A stretch of DNA of 35,166 nt from Eledone cirrhosa (GCA_964016885.1 CAXHJY010000169.1:1-35166); one strand, 5' to 3'; positions 1 through 16,709 are shown, counted from the stretch's first letter. Translations and numbers: made by a program. The notes: generated by a model from the sequence alone, not told the origin.

Positions 1-455
1 TCGGCTTTCTATTCGTATAATTTTTACATATCCTGGTATTTAGGGTTTGGCTATACTGGAATTTTGCGTCCGCGTGAGTGTGCAGGTTCGTACGTATGGT
101 GTGTGTGTGTATATGTGTACTTCTTGTTTTAGTTGACTTACGTCTCCGAACATTCGTGTATTTATATGTAGGTATGCGTGTGCGCTTGTTATATACGTAT
201 TTATTTACTTATATACGTTTATATAATTATTTATTTGTTTGTACACAAGCATACACACACACACATATTTATATGTGCGTGGTTTTGTATACCCATGGTA
301 AGATTTTGCGTATGCTTGTGTATGTACGTATCTGTTTGCGTGTATGTATTTATTTGTTCCTATTACTTCTGTATTGTATTTATTTACTTTGTTCTTAACT
401 CTGTAGCGGAGATTCATTCGGTCTCCTAGTTAGAATTTTAGTCTTCGATTTCTGC

Positions 456-715
456 TATACCATTTACGTGGTTTTGTCTTTGCGTGCTATTGTTCTCCAC
501 GCTCCACATATAACTTATTATCTTCGTTTTTTCGTTCATTGCCAGAGAACGTCTCTATGCACCACCTAAGAGAACATTAGTCTACGACCTCTTTTATACC
601 ATAAACGTGGTTTTGTCTTTGCGCGTAATTGTTTTTCACCGCTCCTATTAATGACGTATTATTCGTTTTTTCCCGTTCTTTGCCAGCGAACGTTACCACG
701 AACCAAAGTATCGTC
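456..715. repeat. Diverged tandem duplication, period 139 bp
   Basis: cgtggttttgtctttgcg at 467 and 606, each followed by similar ttcgtttttt...ttgccag.gaacgt. Confidence 0.8.
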
Positions 716-769
716 TTTCTGTCTTCCACCGGTTGCAACGTTTTTTGAAATATCCAGATTGACTTTGTT

Positions 770-820
770 AGTTTCAGAAGATCCTGTTAAGGGTGAAAGC
801 AGCGATTCTTTGCTTAAACT
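770..820 (+). ncRNA. Type I hammerhead ribozyme fold, variant core (U4A)
   Basis: Stem I AGTTT(770-774)/AAACT(816-820); core CAGAAGA(775-781); T; stem II CCT-gttaa-GGG; T; GAAA; stem III AGCA(798-801)/TGCT(811-814) with 9-nt loop; cleavage triplet CUU ending 815. Confidence 0.7.
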
Positions 821-836
821 TTAATCTGTTATTTTA

Positions 837-840
<4 letters not shown>

Positions 841-871
<31 letters not shown>

Positions 872-1094
872 GTATATTTATATATATATATATATAGAAA
901 AACCACAGACCCTCCATCTCAACTCACCTTTTGAAAAGCAGAAGAACTGCAAAACCGGTAAATGAACCAGATAAATATATATAAATTTTTTTAAATAAGA
1001 CTCCAGTTGAATTTTCGATTTCATCTCTTTTTCTTTATACTTTCGCTCGTGTAGGACACCTCGGTTATTTTTCAATTGGTAAAAAAAACCTCAC

Positions 1095-1135
<41 letters not shown>

Positions 1136-1145
1136 TATATATATA

Positions 1146-1207
<62 letters not shown>

Positions 1208-1210
1208 ATA

Positions 1211-1261
<51 letters not shown>

Positions 1262-1716
1262 TATATATATAATGTATATATATATATATATAAATATATA
1301 TATATAATGAAGATATATATATAAATAAATATATATATATAAATAAATATATATAATATATATATATATATATAAATATATATAAATATCTATATATAAT
1401 GTATATATATATATATAAATATATAAATAATGTATATATATATATATTTATATATATATAAATATATATATATATAATGTATATATATATAAATATATAT
1501 ATATAATGTATAGTAATAATAATAAAATGGAGACTAAAATCCAAAGAGGGCTCGATAAGGAAAATATATATCAAATATATAAGAACCGTAGAGCAAATAT
1601 TTATTAAAATAACAGATTAAAGAATCGCTGCTTTCACCCTTAACGGGATCTTCTGTTAAGGGTGAAACCAGAGATTCTTTGCTTAAACTTTAATCTGTTA
1701 TTTTAATAAATATATA

Positions 1717-1789
<73 letters not shown>

Positions 1790-1869
1790 GTATATATATA
1801 TATATATATATATATAAATATATATATAATGTATATATATATATATATATATATATAAATATATATATA

Positions 1870-1940
<71 letters not shown>

Positions 1941-2127
1941 TATATACATAATGTATATATATATATATATATATAAATATACATATATATATATATAAAT
2001 AAATATATATATATAATGTATATATATATAAATAAATATATATATATAATGTATATATATATATATATATATAAATAAATATATATATATAATTGTTTCT
2101 ATATATATATAATGTATATATATAATG

Positions 2128-2159
<32 letters not shown>

Positions 2160-2184
2160 ATATATATATATATAATGTATATAT

Positions 2185-2218
<34 letters not shown>

Positions 2219-2237
2219 ATGTATATATATATATATA

Positions 2238-2276
<39 letters not shown>

Positions 2277-2278
2277 TA

Positions 2279-2358
<80 letters not shown>
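841..2358. repeat. Compound (TA)n microsatellite arrays with AATG/AAAT interruptions, broken by short inserts
   Basis: Directly visible at 841-896, 1099-1512 and 1711-2358. Confidence 0.97.
1597..1712. mobile_element. Head-to-head inverted pair of fragments of the 770-843 hammerhead element
   Basis: 1597-1655 (-) reads cagaagatcccgttaagggtgaaagcagcgattctttaatctgttattttaataaa; 1653-1712 (+) matches 784-843; joined through 'ctg' overlap. Confidence 0.85.
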
Positions 2359-2359
<1 letters not shown>

Positions 2360-2593
2360 AGAGAGTATTGAAGATTGCTTGAAGCATTGTGGAATAATAA
2401 GGTATATTTCTTTAAGTCGTTTTGGAAGCCTTGACAATGCAGATGGGTAAATCTTAGGGTAAACAATCCGCTGGTGGAGAGAGAGATGGAAGTGAGTGTA
2501 CTTTGAGATGTGTAGCGTGTAGAAGAATGTAGGAAAGAGCGTAAAGGATAAAAATAATAACACGAGATAGAGTTACGTTGGGAGAGATTTAAT

Positions 2594-2631
2594 TGTCCCT
2601 ATATATTTCGGATTCACATCCATCAACTGGG
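2594..2631 (-). ncRNA. Degenerate minimal hammerhead motif
   Basis: Minus strand ccc-CAGTTGA-t-GGAT gtga ATCC-GAAA-tata-TA-ggg: stems I and II and palindromic stem III present, core has two substitutions. Confidence 0.45.
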
Positions 2632-2685
2632 GTTTTTTTCCGGGGGGGGGGGGTTGTCTGTTGGAAAGTTGCGAAACATTATTAC

Positions 2686-2720
<35 letters not shown>

Positions 2721-2721
<1 letters not shown>

Positions 2722-2992
2722 CAACATCCAGCCCTAAACCAATGAGGTCGTGTAGGTGTCACAACAAAAAAACATACAGTCCACGCTGTAATGTGGCCGT
2801 GTAGGTAACACGGTAAAAACCTCCCAGTTCCACACTGTAAATGTGGTTCGTGTTAGGAAGGGCATCCAGCCGTAGAAAACCCGCCAGACAGTCCTATGCG
2901 AGCAAGACAACCACTCTTGCTTCAAGTGGGAAAACTCCCGTCCAAACCCATGCAAGCGTGGAATATGGACGTTAAACGATGATGATGATGAT
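2721..2992 (+). mobile_element. RTE LINE 3' UTR fragment with (GAT)n tail
   Basis: Matches the 3' UTRs at 18007-18290, 20930-21207 and 34312-34611; ends gacgttaaacgatgatgatg. Confidence 0.9.
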
Positions 2993-3377
2993 TATATAAA
3001 TGGAATAGAATGAAACGAAATTTCATTTCTCACTCTTTGTTTGTTTACAAACAAATAAACCGAGCACTATAATAAATGTAAACCGATACGTGCATATATA
3101 TATATATATATATATATCTGTGCATGTGTGTATATACATACATACTACTGTACGTCTGTATACATATATGTATGTACGTTTACATACATACTTACATTTA
3201 AGTACGTGCCGTACTAAGAGTGAGAAATGAAATTTCGTTTCATCCTATTCCATTTATCGTTTTCGGTTTGCCCAGCCGACTGAACTCACTCGATGTGCAA
3301 ATTAGGCTGCTCGGCCGTTAATAAGAATTAGGAAAGTATATACTTTCAGAAGTTCAACCATCTGGCAGGAATGTATA

Positions 3378-3418
3378 CGATGCTGAGGATAGCTAATAAG
3401 CTTGAAACTAGTAGATCG
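3378..3418 (+). ncRNA. Minimal type I hammerhead ribozyme, copy 1
   Basis: cgatg-CTGAGGA-t-AGCT aata AGCT-t-GAAAC-ta-GTA-gatcg; palindromic stem III ACTAGT; one mismatch at the first pair of stem I. Confidence 0.75.
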
Positions 3419-3825
3419 ATCGTGTGTCAGTGTTGAACAAAAATGTGACGTGGTTGCCTAAACACTGTCTGGCGTAATTTGGGCTGTTTGTTTGTTTACA
3501 AACAAACAAATCGAGCATTATAATAAATGTTCGGTAAACCGATACGTGCATACATATATATGTGTGCATGTGTGTATATATATACATACTACTGTACGTC
3601 TGTATACATATATGTATCTACGCATACATATATACATACTTACATTTAAGTAAGTACCGTACTAAGAGTGAGAAATGAAATTTCGTTTCATTCTATTCCA
3701 TTTATCGTTTTCGGTGCGCCCGACCGACTGAACTCATTCGATATACAAATTAAGCTATTCAGCCGTTAATATGCATAAGGAAAGTATATACTTTTAGACG
3801 TTCAACCATCTGGCAGGAAGGTATA

Positions 3826-3866
3826 CAATGCTAACGATAGCTAATAAGCGTGAAACTAGTACATCA
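3826..3866 (+). ncRNA. Minimal type I hammerhead ribozyme, copy 2 (G5A, probably inactive)
   Basis: caatg-CTAACGA-t-agct aata agcg-t-GAAAC-ta-GTA-catc. Confidence 0.65.
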
Positions 3867-4084
3867 TTCCTGTGTCAGTGTTGAACAAAAAGGTGACGTG
3901 GTTGCCTAAACACTGTACGGCGTAATTCGAGCTGTTAGTTTGTTTACAAACAAACAAACCGAGCATTATAATAAATGTTCGGTGAACCGATACGAGCATA
4001 TATATATGTGTGTATATATATATACAAACTACTGTACGTCTGTATATATATATGTATGTAAGTATACATACATACCTACATTTA

Positions 4085-5648
<1,564 letters not shown>

Positions 5649-5650
<2 letters not shown>

Positions 5651-8600
5651 CATCTGCACCGTTTTACGTCCTTTCTTCCACGCTAGCATGGGTTAGACGG
5701 GTTGTCCTGTTGTGGGCAGTCTCTGGTCGGCTGACCATGCCTTGTCCATACAGGAACTGATTTGGCTTGATTTCTACAGCTGGATGCCCTTAATAACACC
5801 AACCTCATTTACACTGAGTGCTGGGTGCTTTTTCGTGGCGCCTACACGTCCATTTTACAGTGTGGGCTGGGTGCTTTTTTGCCTTGGTACCTCCACGACC
5901 ACCTTGCAGTGGGAGGGTGTGGGGGCATATTGTCTATATGCTTCAGCTTGTACCCATGGGAGGTTGGGTACTCTGTATTATGCGTGACACCAGAGGTCAC
6001 GGTCATGTGTCATCGCCTTGGAGACGTGTAATTGGGTAAGGTCGGCTTTATCACCTCATTCCATGTCATCTTGGGTCTCCCCACTCCGCGGTTTCCATCG
6101 ACTTCTAGTGCTCTGCACCTTTTTGTGCAGCTGTCATCCTTCGTACGCATCACATGTCCATACCAACGCAACCGCCTCTCCTGCACACAGAATTTGATTC
6201 CTCTCATGCTCAGTCTCTCTCTCAATTCATTATGCTTTGTCGGTCGCGTATATTACTATTACACATCCATCGGAGCATGCAGGCTTCGTTTCTCTCTAAT
6301 CTACGTAAGTCTTCCACCTTCAATACCCAGGTCTCACTACCATGTAACATTGCTGTTCGGATACACGCATCGTACAGTCTGCCTTCCAATTTGAGGGAGA
6401 AGCCTTTTGCAGCTAGCAGTGGCAGTAGTTCCCTGAACTTCTTCCATCCTGTTCTTACTCTAGTTATTGTACTTTCTGAACACCCACCTCCGCTGCTATT
6501 TCGGTCACCTAGGTAGCAGAAGCTGTCTACTGTCTCTACAGAGCCCTCCCAGAGATTGGTGGTACTTGTTTCCTGTGGCTGTTTGCTGCTTGCTGTCCCA
6601 GTACAGATGCTGCATGTGAAGCCTACATTCTTAATTACGCTTCCTGAGATCCCGCTACATCTCTTGTGTACCCATTGTTTGCATTTGGGGCAGAGAATGG
6701 AGTTCCTACCTACACCTTTCCTACATACTGAGCAAGGCCATATCCCTGAGGGGATCTGGGTTCTGTTTTCTCGTCTACTTACAAAGACCTTAGTCTTTGT
6801 CATGTTGACTTTGAGACCCTTTCTTTCTAGTCCCTGCTTCCAAGTTTGGAATTTCTCCTCTAGTTCTACCATAGATTCGGCTATAAGTGCGAGGTCATCT
6901 GCATACAGGAGTTCCCATGGGCATCCGGTCTTAAACTCCTCCCTTATTGCCTGCAGGACTATGATAAACAGGAGAGGGCTAAGAATAGAGCCCTGGTGGA
7001 CACCAACCTGTACGCTAAATTCCTCGCTATACTCATTGCTAATCCTAACTTTGCTGACGGCTCCCCTATACATGGCTTGTACAGCTTTCACAAGCCATTC
7101 ATCTACTCCTAGTTTTCTAAGAGCCCACCAGATTACAGCACGTGGAACTCTGTGAAAGTCTTTCTCGAGATCGACGAATGCCATGTAGAGTGGCTTACTT
7201 TTAGCTATGTACTTTTCCTGTAACTGCCTCACAAGGAAGAGGGCATCAGTGGTGCCTCTTCCTGGTACAAACCCAAATTGCATCTCATCTAGTCCCTAAT
7301 CAACTGTGCTATAACTCTTTCTGTTACTTTCATGACATGGTCCATCAGCTTTATGCCTCTATAGTTTCCTCTATTGAATGCATCACCTTTACCTTTGTAG
7401 CAGTTGACAATGATGCTACTGCACCAATCTTTTGGTATGGCCTCTTCTAGTATTACCTGGTTAACAATACGTGTGGTTATAGTGTGCCTACAGACCCAGA
7501 TGCTTTCAGCATATCGGCAGCTATACCTGATGGATCGGTTGCCTGCCTCATCTTCATATCTTTGATTGCCTTACTTACTACGCTGCTGCTGGCTTGTACT
7601 GCTGGCACCTCTATAGGGTCTACTTGGGGTAGGGTCTCTTCTTCCCATGCATTCTCCTCATTTAGTAATCTATCATAATGACTTTTCCATGCATCTTTCT
7701 TCTCAGCACTTGTGAGGCAAGCTCACCTTTATCATTCCGGATACACTTCTCTCCAATGACATCATAATTCTCTCTGACACACTGCCTCACAATCTTGAAC
7801 ACCTCCTGTTTCTGTTCCTCTCGTTGCAAAACATGCTTGAATTTTCTATCCTCTGCTTCCCTCCTAGCTAAGTATACTTGTCGCCTAGCTTCCTTCTTGG
7901 TCTCTATGCAATGTAACCTGCTCCCCCTCTTCTTCCATTCTTTCCATGCCGGTCTCTTGGCCTTAACTGCCTCATCTACCTTATTGTTCCACCACCAATT
8001 CACTTTCCTCCTGCTTGTGGTCTTACTCCAGCCACAGACCTCATCCGTCGCCTCTAGTAAGTTATGTTTTAGGAACTCTCAGTGCTCTTCTACGTTGAAT
8101 GTCTCTATCTGTTCTTCTCTACTGTCGTAGGCGTTGAGTAAAATATCTTTAAATCTGTTACTAGCTGAGGGGTCTTTCAGCTTCCAAATCTTTCTTCTCC
8201 AGGTTGGCCTCTGTTTCCAGGTTTGTCTAGTTCTGAACGTGAGGTTGCTGACAACTAAGCTATGTTGGGAGGTACATCCCTCACTAGGGAAGGCTTTTGT
8301 GTTTACGACCGTCCATCTGTCACGTCCTCTGATGAGGATAAAATCTATCTGACTGGAATTCTCCCCTGATCTATAGGTGATCAGGTGGTTGTCGGGTTTT
8401 TTGAAGTTTGTGTTACATATCGACATGTCATTGGCATCGCAGAATTCTAGAAGTCTGAATCCTTCTTCATTTCTTGTGCCAACCCCATGGCCTCCATGGA
8501 CTATATTGAAGCCATCACAGTGTTTACCTACGTGTCCGTTAAAATCTCCTGCAGTGATTAGGAAGTCATTGTCGTTTGTTAGAGCAGTAGTGTTCATTAG

Positions 8601-9135
8601 GGTCTCGTAAAATCTATCCTTAAGTTCGTCTGGAAACCCCGATTGGGGTGCGTACGCTGATATTATTGTGGTAATTGTTTTATTCAGGACTAGTCTGAGT
8701 TTAATGATTCTTGCATTTACCCTGTACACTGAGATTACTTTATCTACCCACTTGTCAGCTAATAGTATACCTACACCACCCATCCCATCGTCATTTACCA
8801 CCCAGAAAAATTTGAAGCACTGACTTTGTCCTAAAAGGACTCTAGCAGACTCTCCTCTCCATCTAGTCTTTTGCACACAGCATACATCAATTTCCTTTCG
8901 CTCTAGCATTTCTACGATTTCTCCTGCTCTTCCTTTCATTATGCTTACATTGATGGTACAAACTCGGAGTTTTGGGCATTTGTCGACACTCGTAGGGAAG
9001 GGTCGATTTTTGCAAGAGTGTGTGTGTGCTTCCTCTCTCTGGATTGGGGCTTCACATGGGTGCTTGGTAGCTCGCGGATTCATAATCATTTCATCTATTA
9101 ATTCAGAGTTGCTCCAATTTATTCTCAGCTCATCC

Positions 9136-9137
<2 letters not shown>
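5649..9137 (-). mobile_element. Near full-length decayed RTE-clade LINE (APE endonuclease, reverse transcriptase, PHD-like finger, 3' UTR)
   Basis: ORF pieces 8079-9137 (TINV, CCVQKT, AYAPQ, GDFN, QIDFIL), 7662-8003, 6222-7283 (QFGF, GVHQGSILSPLLF, LYADD, YLG), 6010-6225 ([18 protein letters not shown]); terminal stem-loop and GAT tail at ~5650-5700. Confidence 0.96.
6010..9137 (-). pseudogene. Disrupted RTE ORF (EN-RT)
   Basis: TGA at 8079-8081 where the second copy has Trp; frameshifts near 7700, 7490, 7290 and 6225; catalytic Glu of the QET motif reads Lys. Confidence 0.9.
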
Positions 9138-9168
<31 letters not shown>

Positions 9169-9263
9169 TATATGTATATATATATGTATATATATATATG
9201 TATATGTATATATATATGTATATGTATATATATATATACATATATATAAAATATATATGTATA

Positions 9264-9432
9264 AATGGACACACTAGAAGAGGAAGACCAAGGTTAACAT
9301 ATGTTGATGCCCTAAGGACAGACACTGGTCTGTTAGAGATGCAGGATATGGCAGCGATAATGAGGGACAGAGACCGCTGGAGAGGACTCGTCCATGGATC
9401 TCGGGAATTTTACCCGCCTTAGATAGATAGAT
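9264..9432 (+). mobile_element. C-terminal fragment of a different RTE-like LINE with (TAGA)n tail
   Basis: [22 protein letters not shown]...[11 protein letters not shown]...* is typical of RTE C-termini, followed by tagatagatagat. Confidence 0.75.
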
Positions 9433-12265
<2,833 letters not shown>

Positions 12266-12399
12266 CGTTATTCCGGGTTGAATCGGAGGTAACCACAGTA
12301 AGTAAGGTACTCAATACATAGCAGAGTATAACAGTTTTAATATAGATGAGATTCTACAGGACTAGAACTGTTTCATTCATTAGAAATCATCAGGAATCA

Positions 12400-12400
<1 letters not shown>
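12266..12400 (-). mobile_element. 135-bp hammerhead-bearing insert inside (TA)n
   Basis: Flanked by TA arrays on both sides; related rearranged copy at 29224-29345. Confidence 0.75.
12350..12398 (-). ncRNA. Type I hammerhead ribozyme, fully canonical core
   Basis: Minus strand GATTC-CTGATGA-t-TTC taat GAA-t-GAA-ACAG ttctagtc CTGT-A-GAATC: 5-bp stem I, 3-bp stem II, 4-bp stem III, GUA cleavage site (A at 12355). Confidence 0.85.
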
Positions 12401-13150
<750 letters not shown>

Positions 13151-15591
13151 ATCATCATCATCATCATCATCATCATCATTTTACGTCCGCTTTTCCCTGC
13201 TTGCAAGGGTGGTACGGGTCTTATTCAGCACAGCATCTCTCCACTCGTCACGGTCCCTCGTCATCTCCACCGTGAGCTTCAATGATCTGAGGTCTGTTCT
13301 CACCACCTCCGCCCATGTTTTTCATGGTCTACCTCTACCACGTCTTCCCTCAACTGACATTTCCTGGCACTTCTTCACCCATCGGTCATCCTCCATGCGC
13401 ATCACATGTCCATACCACCTCAGTCTCCTCTCCCGTACACTACATTCTATCCCTCTCAGACACAGTTTCTCTCCCAACACATTTATTCTGGGTCGTTCAC
13501 GCACATTTACACTGCACATCCAACGGAGCATGCTTGCCTCATTTCTCTCCAGCCGTCGCATATCCTCTGCGGTTGCTGCCCATGTCTCACTACCATGCAG
13601 CATCGCGCTCCTCACACAGGCATCATACAACTGGCCTTTCGTACGCAGGGAGAAACCCTTCTTCGTCAACAGAGGAAGCAGCTCCCTAAACTTCTTCCAA
13701 CCCGTCCTTATTCTAGATACTATGGCCTCGGAACACCCTCCTCCCATGCTAATCTGATCTCCTAGGTACCGGAAGCTATCCACCACTTCTATAGTGCCCT
13801 CTCGCATTTGAAAAATGTGTCTATCTGTGCGACTTCTACTGTCTAATTTCCCTGTACATCTACTGCATACATATTTCTCCCTACCTGTTAGTTTGCCTGC
13901 TATCCCGCTACATCTCTTGTGTACCCAGGACCTGCATTGTGTGCATTTTATAGAGTTTATGCCAGTTCCTTTTCTGCATATCGAACATGGCCATTTCCCT
14001 GACGGAATCAGGGTTTTGTCCTCTTTTCTACTCATCAACACTTTTGTCTTAGCTAGATTTACTCTCAGTCCTCTTGCTTCCAACTGCTGTTTCCATAGCC
14101 GGAATTTATTCTCTAGCTCCTCTACTGATTCTGCCATAAGAGCCAGATCGTCAGCATAGAGAAGTTCCCATGGACAGCCAGTCTTAAACTCCTCTGTTAT
14201 GGCTTGGAGGACTATAATGAACAAGAGCGGGCTGAGGACCGAACCCTGATGTACTCCTACTTGTATCTGGAATTCCTCACTAAACTCCATTCTTACCCTG
14301 ACTTTACTGAGAGTACCTCTGTACAAGTTTGCACTGTCCTCACAAGCCATTCCTCAACACCCAGCTTCCTTAGGGACCACCAGATGACAGATCGGGGTAC
14401 CCTATCAAAGGCCTTCTCTAGGTCAACAAAGGCTAAGTATAGTGGCTTATTCTTCTCTAAGAACCTCTCTTGCATTTGTCTCACCAAGAAGAGGGCATCT
14501 GTTGTACTCTTCCCAGGCACAAAACCAAACTGCATCTCATCTAGTTTGACCCTTTCTCTAATTAGTTGTGCTAAAATCCTTTCTGCCACTTTCATAACCT
14601 GATCTATCAGCTTTATACCCCTATAATTGCTCCTCTCCAAAGCATCCCCTTTACCTTTGTAGCAATTTATGAGAATACTGCTGCACCAGTCTTTGGGTAT
14701 GACACCACCATATATAGCCTGATTGATGATGCGTGCAACCAGTTTAGTGCCTACGTCCCCTGATGCCTTCAGCATCTCAGCAACTATTCCCGATGGTCCG
14801 GCCGCCTTACCATTTTTCATTTCCCTAATCGCCTCTTGGACCCTATATTCGTCAATCTCAATAGCTGGTCCCTCTGTCGGATCTACCAAGGGTAATTTCT
14901 CTCTCTCCCATTCGTTCTCCACATTCATCAGTCTCTCATAATGACATTTCCAGGCCTCCTTTTTCTGGTCATTCGTGACACTAAGTACACCGGCATCATC
15001 CCGGACACATTTATCACCAACAACATCCTGATTTGCATTGACACACTGCCTTGCAATGTGGAACACCGCACGCCTCTGATCTTCCCGTCGCAGAACATTG
15101 GCAAACTTCCTACTCTCTGCCTCCCTGCGATCTAAGTACACCTGACGTCTAGCTTCTCTCTTAGTGGCTGTATATTCTTCCCTACTCCCACCCTTTTTCC
15201 AAGCCTTCCATGCTAGTCTTTTGTCTCTAATAGCCTTATCTACTGTGCTGTTCCACCACCAGGTCACTCTCTGTCTGGTTGGAGCTCTGCTCCAGCCACA
15301 GGTTTCATCAGTAGCCTGCAGCAAGTTGTCACGTAAGAACTTCCAGTTATTATCTATGTCATACGTCTCTAAATCGTCTTCTTTTTCGTCATATACATCT
15401 TGAAGGGCTTTCCTAAATTTGAATTTTAGTGAAAGTTCTTTTAGCTTCCAGACCTTTCTTCTCCACACCTTCCTATATGTCTCATTCCATCTCTTGCTTA
15501 CTGAGATATCACTAACAACTAACCTATGCTGTGGGGTACATTCTTCCCCAGGATATGCCTTGGTATTAGACACTATCTGCCTGTCCCGCTG

Positions 15592-15592
<1 letters not shown>
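13151..15592 (-). mobile_element. 5'-truncated RTE-clade LINE, second subfamily (end of EN, RT, PHD-like finger)
   Basis: ORFs 14293-15592 ([30 protein letters not shown]) and 13322-14350 ([29 protein letters not shown]); frameshift near 14320-14350; stop at 13322; (GAT)n tail. Confidence 0.96.
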
Positions 15593-15650
<58 letters not shown>

Positions 15651-15652
<2 letters not shown>

Positions 15653-15710
15653 AACCCATGCAAGCGTGGAAGATGGACGTTAAACGATGATGATGATATA
15701 TATATATATG

Positions 15711-15800
<90 letters not shown>

Positions 15801-15919
15801 AACCCATGCAAGCGTGGAAGATGGACGTTAAACGATGATGATGATATATATATATATGTATATATATATATACAAACCCATGCAAGCGTGGAAGATGGAC
15901 GTTAAATGATGATGATGAT
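15651..15919 (+). repeat. Three tandem ~46-bp RTE 3' tips separated by (TA)n
   Basis: caaacccatgcaagcgtggaagatggacgttaaa(c/t)gatgatgatga at 15651, 15799 and 15873. Confidence 0.95.
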
Positions 15920-16056
15920 ATATATATATATATGTATATTTTAATGAAAGGAATACCAACTTTGCCTGATTTACTCGTTTTATTTACAATCCTTTATAAT
16001 TTATAATGGTATTGGAATGAAATAGTATGGTAGAATATTAAATGTTAAGTGTTAAT

Positions 16057-16095
16057 TGAACAAGTACTTTCATGCTTTCGCAATCTGCAGGTTCA
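16057..16095 (-). ncRNA. Minimal type I hammerhead (core CTGCAGA, A6C)
   Basis: TGAAC-CTGCAGA-t-TGC gaaa GCA-t-GAA-AGTACT-T-GTTCA. Confidence 0.7.
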
Positions 16096-16139
16096 ATTCT
16101 GTGGTGACAGTCAAGTTTGCAATTTTCAACCACAGAATA

Positions 16140-16178
16140 TGAACTTGAAGATTGCGAAAGCATGAAAGTACTTGTTCA
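16140..16178 (+). ncRNA. Minimal type I hammerhead (core TTGAAGA, C3U)
   Basis: TGAAC-TTGAAGA-t-TGC gaaa GCA-t-GAA-AGTACT-T-GTTCA; the two arms together imply an ancestral CTGAAGA. Confidence 0.75.
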
Positions 16179-16342
16179 ATTAACACTTAACATTTAATAT
16201 TCTACCATACTATTTCATTCTAATACCATTATACATTTTAAAGGATTGTAAATAAAACGAGTAAATCAGACAAAGTTGAAATTCCTTTTATTAATATAAT
16301 CTTCTATACACAATCTTACACACCCGTGTATATTTATCTATA

Positions 16343-16647
16343 TCATCATTTCATCATTTCAGTTTACGTCCGCTTTTCCCTGCTTGCAAGGGTGGGACGG
16401 GAACTGATTCTTCAACCTCATTTACAGTGAGTGCTGGGTGCTTTTTTTGCCGTGGCTCCTCCACGACCATTTTGCAGTGGAATGATATGGACCCAGTCCC
16501 TATCATCTCATTTCTACAGCTGAGTAAACTGGAGTAATGTGAAATAAAGTTCCCTGCTCAAGGAAACAACACATCACCCGGTCAGAATTGAACTCACAAC
16601 CTTTCGATTCCAAGGCCAATGCTCTAACCACTAAGCCATGTGCCTCC
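16343..16647 (-). mobile_element. tRNA-derived SINE with CORE-like central domain and RTE-derived 3' tail
   Basis: A box TGGCTTAGTGG, B box GAGTTCAATTC, gtttccttgagcaggga, tail cccttgcaagcagggaaaagcggacgtaaa plus GAT repeats. Confidence 0.85.
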
Positions 16648-16678
16648 ATGTATATATATATATATTTATATATGTGTG

Positions 16679-16709
<31 letters not shown>

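Larger units (their letters stand above)
1..843 (+). mobile_element. Putative PLE-LTR-like non-coding element ending in the hammerhead and running into (TA)n
   Basis: T/G-rich low-complexity body, internal 139-bp duplication, terminal hammerhead fold; its 3' ~60 bp recur at 1597-1712. Confidence 0.4.
15941..16294. mobile_element. Long inverted repeat (~165-bp arms, ~23-bp spacer), each arm carrying a hammerhead
   Basis: 15941-16105 is the reverse complement of 16129-16294 with few mismatches. Confidence 0.92.

Noticed and set aside
6032-8610. Plus-strand ORFs overlapping the RTE (also 13315-15403)
   Set aside because: Antisense shadows of the LINE ORF with no recognisable motifs
15651-15919. 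CRISPR-like repeat-spacer appearance
   Set aside because: The repeats are RTE 3' ends, the spacers are (TA)n, the context is eukaryotic and there are no cas genes
16570-16647. tRNA genes (also 17335-17410, 33062-33135, 33680-33760)
   Set aside because: A/B boxes are present but the cloverleafs are imperfect and continue into SINE bodies
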